This document shows, one piece after another, positions 48,973-59,510 of a DNA stretch of 64,000 nucleotides (positions are counted from its first letter, which is position 1; the number at the start of each line of letters is the position of its first letter). The stretch comes from Candidatus Woesearchaeota archaeon (GTDB lineage: Archaea > Nanobdellota > Nanobdellia > Pacearchaeales > UBA284), in the NCBI GenBank assembly GCA_964354405.1, contig CAYGZP010000002.1, positions 71,671-135,670 on the forward strand, read 5' to 3'. The notes beneath the pieces are model-generated. The model saw only the letters and a list, made by a program, of their open reading frames with translations. It had not been told where the DNA came from and did not search any database. Both the position numbers and the translations under genes were made by a program.

Positions 48973-49485
48973 ATGGCAGAAGCTAATTTATTGGTTACTT
49001 TCGATCCAGTGCATCAAGAGAGCGCGAAAAAAGAGATAGATACTTTGATGAAGGAAGTGAAGCAGGAAGGCAAGATAGTCAAGGTTAACGAAGGCATGGC
49101 TCAACTAACAGCCAAAGACGCGAGAAAAGTTGTTGGCGAGCTGTTAAAACTTGCAAAGAAGCAGATAAACAAATTTGCATATACTTTTAATTGGTGGCCT
49201 GTTGACAAATGGTGCAAGGCCGAAGTTAAAGACATGCAGAAAGTTATTGCTGACTTGCAGAAAGGCATAGACAAGAAAGATAAATGGAAGCTTGACTTGG
49301 CAAAGAGAGATACAACAAAAGAATATCCGAAGAATTTGGTCATACAGCTTACAGAAGTGATAGACAAGCCCAATGTTGACTTGAGCAACCCGCACAAAAC
49401 AATCAAGGTTGAGATTATCGGAGACAAGGCCGCTATAGCATTGATAACAGAGGGCGAGGCTCTCAACATTCCTAAGTTAAAGTAA
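48973..49485 (+). CDS. stand-alone THUMP-domain RNA-binding protein
   Basis: GGAGG SD; NLLVT, PVD.W, VDL.NP...I.VEIIG. Confidence 0.8.
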   Translation: MAEANLLVTFDPVHQESAKKEIDTLMKEVKQEGKIVKVNEGMAQLTAKDARKVVGELLKLAKKQINKFAYTFNWWPVDKWCKAEVKDMQKVIADLQKGIDKKDKWKLDLAKRDTTKEYPKNLVIQLTEVIDKPNVDLSNPHKTIKVEIIGDKAAIALITEGEALNIPKLK

Positions 49486-49675
49486 TTGCAGCCAAGTAGT
49501 CAAACAGATTTTCAGTTTTTCTTAAAATTATTTTTGTTTTCCTAGCTTGCGCTATAAAAAATTATAAAGAATAAAAAATCCTAAAACCGAAAAGCGCGAG
49601 AAACACAGCAAAGTTTATAAATAACTTATTTTTGTAAAAACTAATCATATTAATCTACTTTAATGGAGGTTAAAG

Positions 49676-49831
49676 ATGCCAAAGGAAAAAAAGATTGAAG
49701 AAGAGGAAGAAGATAAGGAAGCCAGTAAAGAGGACAGTGAAGACGAAGAGGACGAAGAATTCAGTGAGGGCGAGGAAGAGGGCAAAGAAGACAAGGAAGA
49801 AGAGGAAGACACTGGCAGCGAGGACTGGTGA
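49676..49831 (+). CDS. 51-aa highly acidic protein, not in ORF track
   Basis: TATA TTTATAAA, GGAGGT SD; MPKEKKIEEEEEDKEASKEDSEDEEDEEFSEGEEEGKEDKEEEEDTGSEDW*; T tract after the stop. Confidence 0.75.
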   Translation: MPKEKKIEEEEEDKEASKEDSEDEEDEEFSEGEEEGKEDKEEEEDTGSEDW

Positions 49832-49937
49832 GCGTTTTTTAATTTTTCTATTTCTTTTATTTTTTATTTTAACGATTTTAAAATCAATTGTATGATGTTT
49901 AAAAAAGGTTTAAAAAAGAGGGAGATTTAATCTAATT

Positions 49938-52727
49938 ATGTACGACTTCAAACTAATTGAGCAGGAAGCGAAGAAGATATTGAAAAAGGAAGAAATCAAG
50001 AAAGCTGTGTCTGACGACAAGTCAAGGAAAAAGACATTCAGCTTCCTGGAAGGCCCTCCGACTGCGAACGCGCCCCCTGGATTGCATCATCTCGAGGTTA
50101 GGACATACAAAGACATCATCAACAAGTTCCGATATATGCAGGGGTTCAATGTACCGAGAAAAGCAGGATGGGATTGTCATGGGCTCCCTGTAGAAGTGCA
50201 GATTGAAAAAAAACTGAAGCTCAACAGCAAGAAAGATATCCTGAAACATGGCGAAGCAAAGTTCATCAAAGAATGCCGCGAAAGTGTCTTCTCATATATC
50301 AAGGAATGGAACGCGTCAACAGAAAAACTAGCTTATTGGATTGATTTGGATAATCCTTACATAACTCTGACAAATGAATATATCGAAAGCGTTTGGTGGA
50401 GTCTGAAAGAACTTTACAATAAAAAATTACTTTATGAGGATTTCAAGGTTGTGCCTTTCTGCCCAAGATGCGAGACTCCTCTCTCAAGCCATGAAGTCGC
50501 CCAAGGCTACGAGAAAATCAAGGAAGACTCGGTAGTTTTGAAATTCAAGATTAAAAACAAGGAGGAATATTTCCTTGTATGGACAACAACTCCATGGACC
50601 CTGCTTTCAAATCTCGCAATTGCAGTAAATCCTACAATAGATTATGTTTACGCAGAAGAAGACGGAGTTACATATGTCATCGCTAAAGATCTTGCAAATA
50701 AATTCTTGGAAAATCCCAAGATAAAGAAAAAAGTCAAAGGAAAAGAGCTCCTTGGCATGCGCTACGAGCCCTTGTTCCCTTATTACAAAAACTTGGATGC
50801 TTTCAAAGTCATAGGTGGTGATTTTGTAGCAGTTGACGAGGGAACAGGGTTAGTTCATATGGCTCCTGCATTCGGCGAAGTTGATTATGATGCCTGCAAG
50901 GCTGAGAAACTTCCGTTTGTCCAGCCGATAGATGAAACCGGCCATTTCACTGATGAAGTGGCAGAATATTCAGGCAAATTCATCAAAGATGCAGACAAAG
51001 AGATTATGACAAGGCTCGAGGAAGAACACAAGTTATTCAAAGTCATAAAGTATGAGCACGATTACCCTTTCTGCTGGCGCTGCGATTCACCTTTGATGTA
51101 TTACGCTATCAAGTCATGGTTTGTAAAAGTAACTGCTTACAAAGATAAGTTAGTCAAGCTTAATGAAAAAATAAACTGGGTTCCAAAACACATCAAAGAA
51201 GGAAGATTTGGCGAGTGGCTGAGAAATGTCAAGGACTGGGCATTGTCTCGCAAGAAATTTTGGGGCACACCTCTTCCGATATGGAGATGCAGCTGCGGCA
51301 ACGAAGAAATCATCGGTTCGATAGAAGAACTGAAAAAAAATTCTGTGAAAAAACTTAATGATAAAGAAATCGATCTGCACAAGCCATGGATTGATTCAGT
51401 AAAAATAAAATGCAAGAAGTGCGGCGAAGAAATGTCAAGAGTCTCGGATGTGATAGATTGCTGGTATGACTCAGGCTCGTCAGCTTTCGCACAGTTCCAT
51501 TATCCTTTTGAAAATAAAGCCGAGTTCAAGAAAAGATTTCCTTATGACTTTATCGCAGAAGCAATTGACCAAACGCGCGGATGGTTCTACACATTACATG
51601 TCTTAGGAACTTTGCTCTTCGATGATATCGCATACAAGAATGTCATATGTGCCGGCCATATAGTTGATGAAAAAGGTGAGAAGATGAGCAAGAGCAAGGG
51701 AAACATCTTAGATTCCAACAAAGTTCTCGAGACCATAGGGGTTGATGCCACGCGATTACAATTCTGTATTGTTGATATAGGAAGTTCAAAGAGATTTGGG
51801 ATAAACATGGTTAAAGAAACTGTGCTGCCTTTCTTGAACATTCTATGGAACACTTATCAGTATTACAAACAGCTCAATGTTACTGAGAAAGCCCAAGTAA
51901 AGGCAGAAGACAAGTGGATTTTATCAAGGTTGAACTCAGTAATAAAGGAATCCACAGAAGCTTTGGAGAAATATTACATTGAGAAGGGTTTGTTGCCGGT
52001 GATGGATTTTGTATCAAATGATTTTTCAAGAACCTATATCAAGATGGTAAGAGAAAGAAACGATGAGAATGTTAAACATGTTATAATCGAAATTCTTGAC
52101 AAAGTCTCAAGATTATTGGCTCCTTACGCTCCAGACATATCAGAAGTCATCCACAAGGACTTTGGCAAAGGCTCTGTTCACATGAGCGAGTGGCCGAAAG
52201 TCAATGAAAAAGCAATTGACACAAAACTTGAACAAGAATTCTCGGCAGCGCTTCAGATAATCGAGAAAGCTCTCGCGCTACGCTCAGCAGCAGGCATAGG
52301 AGTGCGCTGGCCTTTAGCATCAGTCACAGTAAAAGCAGAGCAAAAGTTGAGCAAAGAGCTCGAGGAGATAATTTTAAGGCAAGTAAATGTCAAGAAACTT
52401 GTGTTCAAGCAGGAGAAAGGCAAGTTAGATGTTGCTTTGGACACTAAACTTACAAGTGAACTTGAAACAGAAGGCTATGCGCGCGAGTTGACAAGAGCAA
52501 TCCAAGAGACAAGGAAGAAAGCTGGCTTGAAAAAAGAGCAAATCATCTCTCTTTCGTTGGAATTGGATAAAATTTTGGAAAATTCTGTGAAAAAATTTGA
52601 AAAAGCAATAAAAGAAAAAGTAAATGCTAAAGAAATTTTAATAAATTCAAAAAAAGGTAAATATCATCACGTTTACGACGACAAAATCAAAGATAAAAAG
52701 ATAAGAATATCTTTTGATGTGGTGTGA
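49938..52727 (+). CDS. ileS: isoleucyl-tRNA synthetase (type 2), GLHH variant of HIGH
   Basis: EGPPTAN..GLHH, GWDCHGLP, WTTTPWTL, GTGLVH, DW.LSR, DQTRGWF, KMSKS. Confidence 0.95.
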   Translation: MYDFKLIEQEAKKILKKEEIKKAVSDDKSRKKTFSFLEGPPTANAPPGLHHLEVRTYKDIINKFRYMQGFNVPRKAGWDCHGLPVEVQIEKKLKLNSKKDILKHGEAKFIKECRESVFSYIKEWNASTEKLAYWIDLDNPYITLTNEYIESVWWSLKELYNKKLLYEDFKVVPFCPRCETPLSSHEVAQGYEKIKEDSVVLKFKIKNKEEYFLVWTTTPWTLLSNLAIAVNPTIDYVYAEEDGVTYVIAKDLANKFLENPKIKKKVKGKELLGMRYEPLFPYYKNLDAFKVIGGDFVAVDEGTGLVHMAPAFGEVDYDACKAEKLPFVQPIDETGHFTDEVAEYSGKFIKDADKEIMTRLEEEHKLFKVIKYEHDYPFCWRCDSPLMYYAIKSWFVKVTAYKDKLVKLNEKINWVPKHIKEGRFGEWLRNVKDWALSRKKFWGTPLPIWRCSCGNEEIIGSIEELKKNSVKKLNDKEIDLHKPWIDSVKIKCKKCGEEMSRVSDVIDCWYDSGSSAFAQFHYPFENKAEFKKRFPYDFIAEAIDQTRGWFYTLHVLGTLLFDDIAYKNVICAGHIVDEKGEKMSKSKGNILDSNKVLETIGVDATRLQFCIVDIGSSKRFGINMVKETVLPFLNILWNTYQYYKQLNVTEKAQVKAEDKWILSRLNSVIKESTEALEKYYIEKGLLPVMDFVSNDFSRTYIKMVRERNDENVKHVIIEILDKVSRLLAPYAPDISEVIHKDFGKGSVHMSEWPKVNEKAIDTKLEQEFSAALQIIEKALALRSAAGIGVRWPLASVTVKAEQKLSKELEEIILRQVNVKKLVFKQEKGKLDVALDTKLTSELETEGYARELTRAIQETRKKAGLKKEQIISLSLELDKILENSVKKFEKAIKEKVNAKEILINSKKGKYHHVYDDKIKDKKIRISFDVV

Positions 52728-52850
52728 TTGGAATATCTACAATTTTAATATAATATCGGTAAAGATATGGATAAATTATAGAAAGCTTTATATACCACTT
52801 CGGGCTAAATACAATAAAGCATACATAATTGCTATGCTAAAGTAAATAAA

Positions 52851-53666
52851 ATGATTGTTAAAGAAGAGTTTTTGGGCAGATTAAGAAAGATTTTTGGTTT
52901 GAATCTGTACGAAGTGAAGGTGTGGACAGCTCTACTTTCTCGAGGTGTTTCTACAGCAGGCGAACTAAGCGACATTTCTTCAGTCCCAAGATCAAGAACA
53001 TATGATATCTTGGAGAGTTTGGAGAAGAAAGGTTTTGTCATCATGAAACTCGGCAAGCCGATAAAGTTCGTGGCATTGAAACCAGAGGAAGTTGTAGAGC
53101 GAGTGAAAAGAAATGTAGTGAGAGATGCTCAAGACATGTCTAAGAGACTCGAAGAATTGAAGGGCAGTGATGTCTTGGAAGAATTGACAACATTGCACAC
53201 AACCGGAATCAAATACATCGAGCCAACAGATTTGTCAGGGGCAGTCAGAGGCAGAAACAACATCTACAACCACATGGACATGATGATAAGAGGCGCAAAC
53301 AAACATGTAACAATAGCGACGACAGCAGAAGGGCTCGGCAGAAAATTCGAATCATTGAAATCAGCAATTGAAAAAGCCAAGAAAAAAGGTGTAAGCGTGA
53401 GAATTGCAGCTCCGGTGACTCCAAAGAATTACAGTGTCGCGAAAGAATTGAACAAAATCGCAGAAGTGAGAAGCGGCAAGATAAAATCAAGGTTCACAAT
53501 GATTGACGGAAAAGAGCTGATGTTCTTGTTGCTCGACGATGAGGATGTCCATCCCAACTATGATGTTGGTGTATGGGTCAACAGCCCATTTTTCGCGAGC
53601 GCATTAGGACAGATATTCGAGCACAGCTGGGACAAGATGACACCTTTGAACAAAGTCAAAGTATAA
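52851..53666 (+). CDS. TrmB family transcriptional regulator
   Basis: GLNLYE.K...LL, S.VPRSRTYD.L.SL..KG wHTH; PLD-like C-domain (IDGKE, F...W). Confidence 0.9.
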   Translation: MIVKEEFLGRLRKIFGLNLYEVKVWTALLSRGVSTAGELSDISSVPRSRTYDILESLEKKGFVIMKLGKPIKFVALKPEEVVERVKRNVVRDAQDMSKRLEELKGSDVLEELTTLHTTGIKYIEPTDLSGAVRGRNNIYNHMDMMIRGANKHVTIATTAEGLGRKFESLKSAIEKAKKKGVSVRIAAPVTPKNYSVAKELNKIAEVRSGKIKSRFTMIDGKELMFLLLDDEDVHPNYDVGVWVNSPFFASALGQIFEHSWDKMTPLNKVKV

Positions 53667-53818
53667 ACTCAAATTTGTTATAATTTGTTAGCTGCTCAGA
53701 ACAAAAAAAGAGGCAAAAGGTAATTTTCTTATTTTTTCCTATCTTTCATAGCTTTCTCTATCTCGTTTATTCTTAACTTTTACGTAAAATATATAAATAT
53801 TAAATCTATCTCTCTGTT

Positions 53819-54775
53819 ATGAAATTCAAAAAAATTGTTTTGCTTGATTTTGAGAAATCTATTCTTGAAAGAGAATATTTAGATAAACTTTCTAAATTGG
53901 CAGAGACGGTTAATATAGTTGAAGAAAAAGAGGAAAATAAGTTAAATAAAATCAAAGATGCTGATGTTTTGCTTATAAGACTTACTACAGTTATAAACAA
54001 GAATATTATTGATAATTGTCCCAATTTAAAGTATATAGGAGTATTTGCTACAGATTTTTCAAACACAGACATACAGTATGCAAAACAAAAAGGGATTGTG
54101 GTTACAAACTTAGCAGGCTATAGCACAGAAGCTGTTGCAGAATTTGTTTTCGCTGCTTTATTGGAATATGTCAGAGAGCTCGAAAGAGCAAAGAATAATG
54201 CACGTAGAGGGGATTTTTCTTTCAAAGATTTTCTTAGTTGGGAGCTTAAAGGAAAAAAATTTGGTGTACTTGGGTTGGGAAACATTGGAAAAAGAGTTTC
54301 TGAAATAGCTCATGGTTTCGGCTTGGATGTTAGATACTGGTCAAGAAACAGAAAACCTGAATACGAAGCTAAAGGTATAAAATACGACGAGCTAGATAAA
54401 ATTTTAGACAGTGATATTATTGCGATTCACTTAGCAAAAAATAAAGAAACAGAAGGCATATTAGACAAAGAAAGATTAGATAAAATAAAGGAAGGCGCAA
54501 TTATTATTTGTCTAACTTCTCTATTACTCACAGATATTGATTATTTGATTGAATTATTAAAGAAAAATAAATTTGTTCTTATAACTGATTACATTGATGA
54601 TTACTTAGAATTGTTGCCCGAAGATGAGAAAAAAGAAATTCAAAATCTTTCTAATTTAGTAATATATCCCCCAGTAGCTTTCAGAACAAAAGAAGCATTA
54701 AAAAGGCAAAGAGAGCTGCTAATTGACAACTTAACAAAATTTTCAGATGGAATTCTACAAAACAAGGTAAATTAA
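53819..54775 (+). CDS. D-2-hydroxyacid dehydrogenase family protein (catalytic residues degenerate)
   Basis: CPNLKYIG, TNLAGYST.AVAE, ELKGK..G..GLGNIG Rossmann motif. Confidence 0.85.
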   Translation: MKFKKIVLLDFEKSILEREYLDKLSKLAETVNIVEEKEENKLNKIKDADVLLIRLTTVINKNIIDNCPNLKYIGVFATDFSNTDIQYAKQKGIVVTNLAGYSTEAVAEFVFAALLEYVRELERAKNNARRGDFSFKDFLSWELKGKKFGVLGLGNIGKRVSEIAHGFGLDVRYWSRNRKPEYEAKGIKYDELDKILDSDIIAIHLAKNKETEGILDKERLDKIKEGAIIICLTSLLLTDIDYLIELLKKNKFVLITDYIDDYLELLPEDEKKEIQNLSNLVIYPPVAFRTKEALKRQRELLIDNLTKFSDGILQNKVN

Positions 54776-54798
54776 CTAAATCTTATTTTTATTTATTT

Positions 54799-56103
54799 TT
54801 AATAGCCTTTCTCTATGCAAACTCGAGCAATCAGATAATGGAAAGCAGCTTTCTCAACAACAACATCAAGAGTTTTGCCAAGTAAATTTTCCTTGCTTTT
54901 GACAACAACAAGTTTATAATTTTCATCTCTTGCCAACCAAGAATCTGCGAAGCTGCGGGAGTCCACAAGAACTTTCATTCTCTTTCCGATATATTTTTTG
55001 TTCTTCTCAATGCAAATCCCGTTATGCAGTCTTATAATCTCAATTGCTCTTTTCTTTTTTTCAGCATCACTCACTTGATGAGGCATAGTCGCTGCTTTAG
55101 TCTCTGGCATGGGCCAAAACTTCGAGATATTAAAAATCTCAGGATTTATTTTCCCAATCAATGCTAAAGTTTTATTGAAATCTTCGCGAGTCTCGCCTGG
55201 AAAACCAACAATCACATCAGTGCTCAGTGTCCCTTGAGGGAATTTTTTCCTGAATTTATTGACAATGAGCAAGAAATCCCGAACTTTATACTTCCGATTC
55301 ATTAACTTTAACACTTTGTCCGAGCCGCTCTGAACAGGCAGATGCAAAAACTTGAACATCTTCTCGTTTTTGTAACACTCTAACATCTCATTCAAGATTG
55401 GAGCAAGAGACGAAGGATGCATCATGCCCACCCGCACAAAAAACTTTGATTTTTTTCCTTTTAATTTAAAAATATCTTTCAACAACACTGGCAGCTCATG
55501 TTTTTTCCTGTCCCATCCATAACAAGCATTATCCTGAGAAGTGAGCCAAATCTCCTTGCATCCCGAATCCAAAGCATGCTTGACATCTTTAATCACAAGT
55601 TCGCGTGGATACGAGAACAGAGAACCTTTAACAAGTCTAACAATGCAATAAGCGCAATTATGAACACAGCCATGAGCAACTTGAGTTATTCCAATTGCTT
55701 TTTGCTGAGGAACTCGCGGTAAATTTAATTTTATCTCTTGCGATTTGCCAATCAACTCAACCCTCTTTCCTTCAAGAACATCTTTCACAGCTCTCGCAAT
55801 CTCACGAATATGATGAACACTGACAAAAGAAGCCCGCGGTGCAAGCTTTTTGATGCGATTTGACAGAACCTCCGGCATGCAGCCCGCAACTATTAATTTT
55901 CTTGAAGAAAAATGTTTAATCCTCGTCTCGATTTTTTTTATAGTCGGCTCTTTCACAATACAGGTGTTGACAATCACAACATCCGCAATTTTTTCATTAG
56001 TCACAATATTAAACCCCCTATTGACAAGAATCCCTTTGATTATCTCAGCATTGCTAAGATTCGCCGAGCATCCATAGCTTTCAACATAAACATTGTATGG
56101 CAT
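54799..56103 (-). CDS. tRNA methylthiotransferase (MiaB-like, archaeal MtaB type)
   Basis: SYGC..N, NTC.V, AGC, radical SAM CxxxCxxC, HLPVQSGS, IVGFPGET, TRAM domain. Confidence 0.92.
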   Translation of the reverse strand: MPYNVYVESYGCSANLSNAEIIKGILVNRGFNIVTNEKIADVVIVNTCIVKEPTIKKIETRIKHFSSRKLIVAGCMPEVLSNRIKKLAPRASFVSVHHIREIARAVKDVLEGKRVELIGKSQEIKLNLPRVPQQKAIGITQVAHGCVHNCAYCIVRLVKGSLFSYPRELVIKDVKHALDSGCKEIWLTSQDNACYGWDRKKHELPVLLKDIFKLKGKKSKFFVRVGMMHPSSLAPILNEMLECYKNEKMFKFLHLPVQSGSDKVLKLMNRKYKVRDFLLIVNKFRKKFPQGTLSTDVIVGFPGETREDFNKTLALIGKINPEIFNISKFWPMPETKAATMPHQVSDAEKKKRAIEIIRLHNGICIEKNKKYIGKRMKVLVDSRSFADSWLARDENYKLVVVKSKENLLGKTLDVVVEKAAFHYLIARVCIEKGY

Positions 56104-56154
56104 AAAACAACAAGAAAACGGTTATTTTTTAATCTATCTTTTTTAAGTTTTAAA

Positions 56155-56535
56155 TTAAATCTCTTTTTCAAACTTTATTATTTGCTTTTTAACATAATAT
56201 TTTGTGCCTTCATAAATAATTCCCCCATATTTTTCCTTGAAAGAGCCAAAATTCTTATCGAGTCGTTCTTTCGCCCCTGCCTCACTGAAAAGCCCAAAAA
56301 ACTCATCGTTTATTAAAAAATCTAAAGTTCTTTTATCAAAATTTCTTACCCTGGTGGGGATTTTTTCTTTATATTTGGGATTAGTTCTTACCCAGTTAGT
56401 TAAGCATTGGGGGTGGTATCCTAAGATAGCCATATATCTCTTTCTAGAGATGCCATGTAAAATAACAATATAATTTCCATCAGCAATATCATAGTGATTT
56501 TTAATCCTCAACAAACGCAATTCTTCCTCTGTCAT
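56155..56535 (-). CDS. hypothetical protein (126 aa)
   Basis: AT-rich ORF with an upstream TATA-like element. Confidence 0.55.
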   Translation of the reverse strand: MTEEELRLLRIKNHYDIADGNYIVILHGISRKRYMAILGYHPQCLTNWVRTNPKYKEKIPTRVRNFDKRTLDFLINDEFFGLFSEAGAKERLDKNFGSFKEKYGGIIYEGTKYYVKKQIIKFEKEI

Positions 56536-56658
56536 TTTTAATTTAAGCGCAACTTATATTTTTAAATTTTAAAGTGCTAAAAACATCATATTAAAGAATA
56601 TATGTCTTTTATGACAAGAAAGGTTATAAATGTTTATTTATTAATATTTTATTCAAAA

Positions 56659-57741
56659 ATGGGCGGCGGAACTGGCGAAGGAAAAATAGATTTGAAAGGA
56701 ATAGAAAAAATTCTTGAACAAAAAAGAACTTGCCAAACTAAAGATAATGCGCTAAGTGATAACGTATCAAAGAAAATAGAAAAATTACAAGAAAGGATAA
56801 AAAAAGGCGAGACGACAGGAGACTATGTTACAGATTTATGCATTTTACAGTTTGGTGGGTTATACAGCCATTATATAAAAGAGCTCAGTCAGACCTATTC
56901 TGAATTAAAAAAACATGATGGGGAATTAGTCTTATATGAAGAAACCATTGAAAGAGCTCTAAAAGAAGATAGAGGACACTATACCCCCAAACCAGATGAG
57001 ATAGTTACTCTTGAGACTGGACTCATTACTCCACCTTATTTACAAAGAAGAAAAGAAGATATAGTAAATTTTATAGGAATTACAGTTAAAGATAAACTTT
57101 ACGGTAAAGTGGATGAAGTTTTTATAGAATATCTTCGTTGGGAACGATTGCCAGGAGATATAATAAGAATTGCGCCAACAAAAATACCAGAAAAATCTCT
57201 TGAGAATATCTTAGGCATTTCTAAAATTGATTTTCATAGTGATGGGGATTATAAGCTATCTTTATTATCAACCAACCAATTAATAGGAGACAAAAAAGTA
57301 GAAAAATACCTTAGGTCTTTAGGTGTCAAAGAAATGCCCATTCATGACAGAATATTGAAGAGAGATAATAAGATAGCACTTAATGAACAGACAAATCTCA
57401 TAACTAGATTGGTAGAAAAAACTGAAACAGGACAAAAATTAAAAGAAAAAATTAAAGAACTTGAACCAGAATATAAAAAAATAACATATCGTAGAGGGAG
57501 AGATCAAGACGGGTCGTCTTATGAAGTAAGTAGTAATCCGGAATTAAAGATGAGATATAGTGATCTAATAAGATCTTATGACAAAATAAAAACAGAAATT
57601 AATGAAATTTTATCAAATATAAGGACAAACATTCTTCCTCCAAAAGTGGATTTATCAAAAGTTGAAGGGATGAAAAAAGAAATTAATGTTGGGGATTTTT
57701 TAGAATTCGTTTCTTCTGAATATAAGACAAAAAAGAAATAA
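56659..57741 (+). CDS. hypothetical protein with coiled-coil regions
   Basis: Long AT-rich ORF; start placed at MGGG downstream of TTATAAA. Confidence 0.6.
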   Translation: MGGGTGEGKIDLKGIEKILEQKRTCQTKDNALSDNVSKKIEKLQERIKKGETTGDYVTDLCILQFGGLYSHYIKELSQTYSELKKHDGELVLYEETIERALKEDRGHYTPKPDEIVTLETGLITPPYLQRRKEDIVNFIGITVKDKLYGKVDEVFIEYLRWERLPGDIIRIAPTKIPEKSLENILGISKIDFHSDGDYKLSLLSTNQLIGDKKVEKYLRSLGVKEMPIHDRILKRDNKIALNEQTNLITRLVEKTETGQKLKEKIKELEPEYKKITYRRGRDQDGSSYEVSSNPELKMRYSDLIRSYDKIKTEINEILSNIRTNILPPKVDLSKVEGMKKEINVGDFLEFVSSEYKTKKK

Positions 57742-57743
57742 TT

Positions 57744-59435
57744 TTACATCGCCTCGATAACTGGAATTCCAATCAAATTCAAGCAATTAGCCAAGACTTG
57801 TCTTGTAGCACTGACTAAAGCCACTCTGCGTTCTTTGATGCCTTGCTCTGCATTGAGCACATTGCAATTTTCATAGAAATCATTGAAAGCCTGTGAGAGT
57901 TCATGACAATAGTTGCATAACAAGTTAGGCTTGAGCTGTTCTAAGGTAGCGCGGACAATCTCTGGAAAGAATCCAAGTTCTTTTGCAAGTGAGTATTCTT
58001 TATCGTCGATATTTTCATAGTTTTCCTTGCCAAGAGCGCCTTTGCCTAATTTTTTCAGGATGTTTGAAGCTCTCGCATAACTATATTGCAAATAAGGAGC
58101 AGAATTTCCTTCAAAACTCAAGGCTTCTTGCCAGTCAAACAAAATTTCCTTGTTAAGCTCGAACTTAGCGATTCCATAACGAACCGCGCCGACACCTATT
58201 GCCTCAGAAACCTTATCCAAGACAACTTGTTTATCGCGCTTTCTTTTTTTAATTTCTTGCTTTGCCTTGCTTATCGCTTCCTTGATAAAATTGCTTACAA
58301 GAATAACCTCTCCTTTCCTCGTTGACATCTTTTTCGCGCTGGCGCTGTCTTTCTCTTTAAGCAAAGTGAATGAATAATGCACAACTCTAGGAGCATTGTA
58401 TCCAAGCAACTCTAAAGCTGCGCTAAGCTGTTTGAAATAAAGTTTTTGGTCCTCTCCCAAAACTATAATATTATTCTGGGCAGTATCAATTTTGGCCATG
58501 GTGTAGGCGATATCTCTCAGAGGATAAAGTCCAGTTCCATTGCTTCTTGTCAGCACAAGAACAGGAGATTTCATCTCCCTTTCAAAATTCCATTCCATGT
58601 TGCTTTGATCAAGAATAAATCGCCCCTCAACATCTTTTTTTAGTCTTTTGCTTTTCTCCAGTTTTTTCAGGATTTTTTGTAATTCCCCTTTCTGCAGATA
58701 AACTGACTCGTAATCAAAATAATCATAAGTAATCCCGAGCTTAGCAAGAATCTTTTTCTGACCTTCCACTGCAGTATTGACAAGCTTGTTTAAATTTTTC
58801 ACAGTTTCCTTGTCCTCATTCTCAATTTTCTCCAGAATATCAAAAACCTGTTTCTCAATCTCAGAATCCTGTTCCATTGCCTTGGACATTCTCACATATA
58901 AATCAAGCAAATCATCAAATGTCTCATCTCCTTTTGTTCCAAGCAATAACAAAGCCATTTGTTTTGAAACATCGTTCACATAATAATGCACTTCAGTCTG
59001 ATAACCATTGAATTTCAAAACTCTGGCAAGAATATCGCCAATGATAGCATTTCTAACTCTGCCGACATGTGGTGATGAGTTTGGATTTAAGCTTGTATGT
59101 TCAATGAGCGCATTGCCTTTCAAATTCAGCGAGCCATATTTTTCTTTCTCGCTCAGAACTTTTTTAACACTCTCCTCAAAGAAAGCGCTTTTATCGACGA
59201 AGAAATTGACATAACCTCCAACAGCCTCAACTTTTTCAATATCTTTTGTCACGAGTTTCTTTAGCTTAACCACAAGCTCCTTTGCAATCACTAAAGGGTT
59301 TTTCTTCTCTTTCTTTGCAAGTTCGAAGCAAGGGAAAGCATAATCGCCGAATCCCTGCTTAGGAATTTCAAGCGAGATATGTTTCAAACCAGTTGCTTTT
59401 CCAACAATCCCTTTTATCTTCGCCTCAATTTTCAT
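57744..59435 (-). CDS. argS: arginyl-tRNA synthetase
   Basis: FGDYA, GGYVNF, EHTS.NPN..PHVGR.RN, KMSTRKG, GNSAPYLQY.YAR, FN.FY. Confidence 0.96.
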   Translation of the reverse strand: MKIEAKIKGIVGKATGLKHISLEIPKQGFGDYAFPCFELAKKEKKNPLVIAKELVVKLKKLVTKDIEKVEAVGGYVNFFVDKSAFFEESVKKVLSEKEKYGSLNLKGNALIEHTSLNPNSSPHVGRVRNAIIGDILARVLKFNGYQTEVHYYVNDVSKQMALLLLGTKGDETFDDLLDLYVRMSKAMEQDSEIEKQVFDILEKIENEDKETVKNLNKLVNTAVEGQKKILAKLGITYDYFDYESVYLQKGELQKILKKLEKSKRLKKDVEGRFILDQSNMEWNFEREMKSPVLVLTRSNGTGLYPLRDIAYTMAKIDTAQNNIIVLGEDQKLYFKQLSAALELLGYNAPRVVHYSFTLLKEKDSASAKKMSTRKGEVILVSNFIKEAISKAKQEIKKRKRDKQVVLDKVSEAIGVGAVRYGIAKFELNKEILFDWQEALSFEGNSAPYLQYSYARASNILKKLGKGALGKENYENIDDKEYSLAKELGFFPEIVRATLEQLKPNLLCNYCHELSQAFNDFYENCNVLNAEQGIKERRVALVSATRQVLANCLNLIGIPVIEAM

Positions 59436-59510
59436 TTTTATTACAGTTATAAAAAAAGCAAAAAGCTTTATAAACCTTATTGGCTTTTTAACACTGAAAA
59501 AGGTGAGAGT

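Noticed and set aside
49695..49895. 66-aa basic ORF from the ORF track
   Set aside because: It has a TTG start with no SD and runs through the T-rich terminator. The overlapping acidic frame 49676-49831 has the SD and an ATG.
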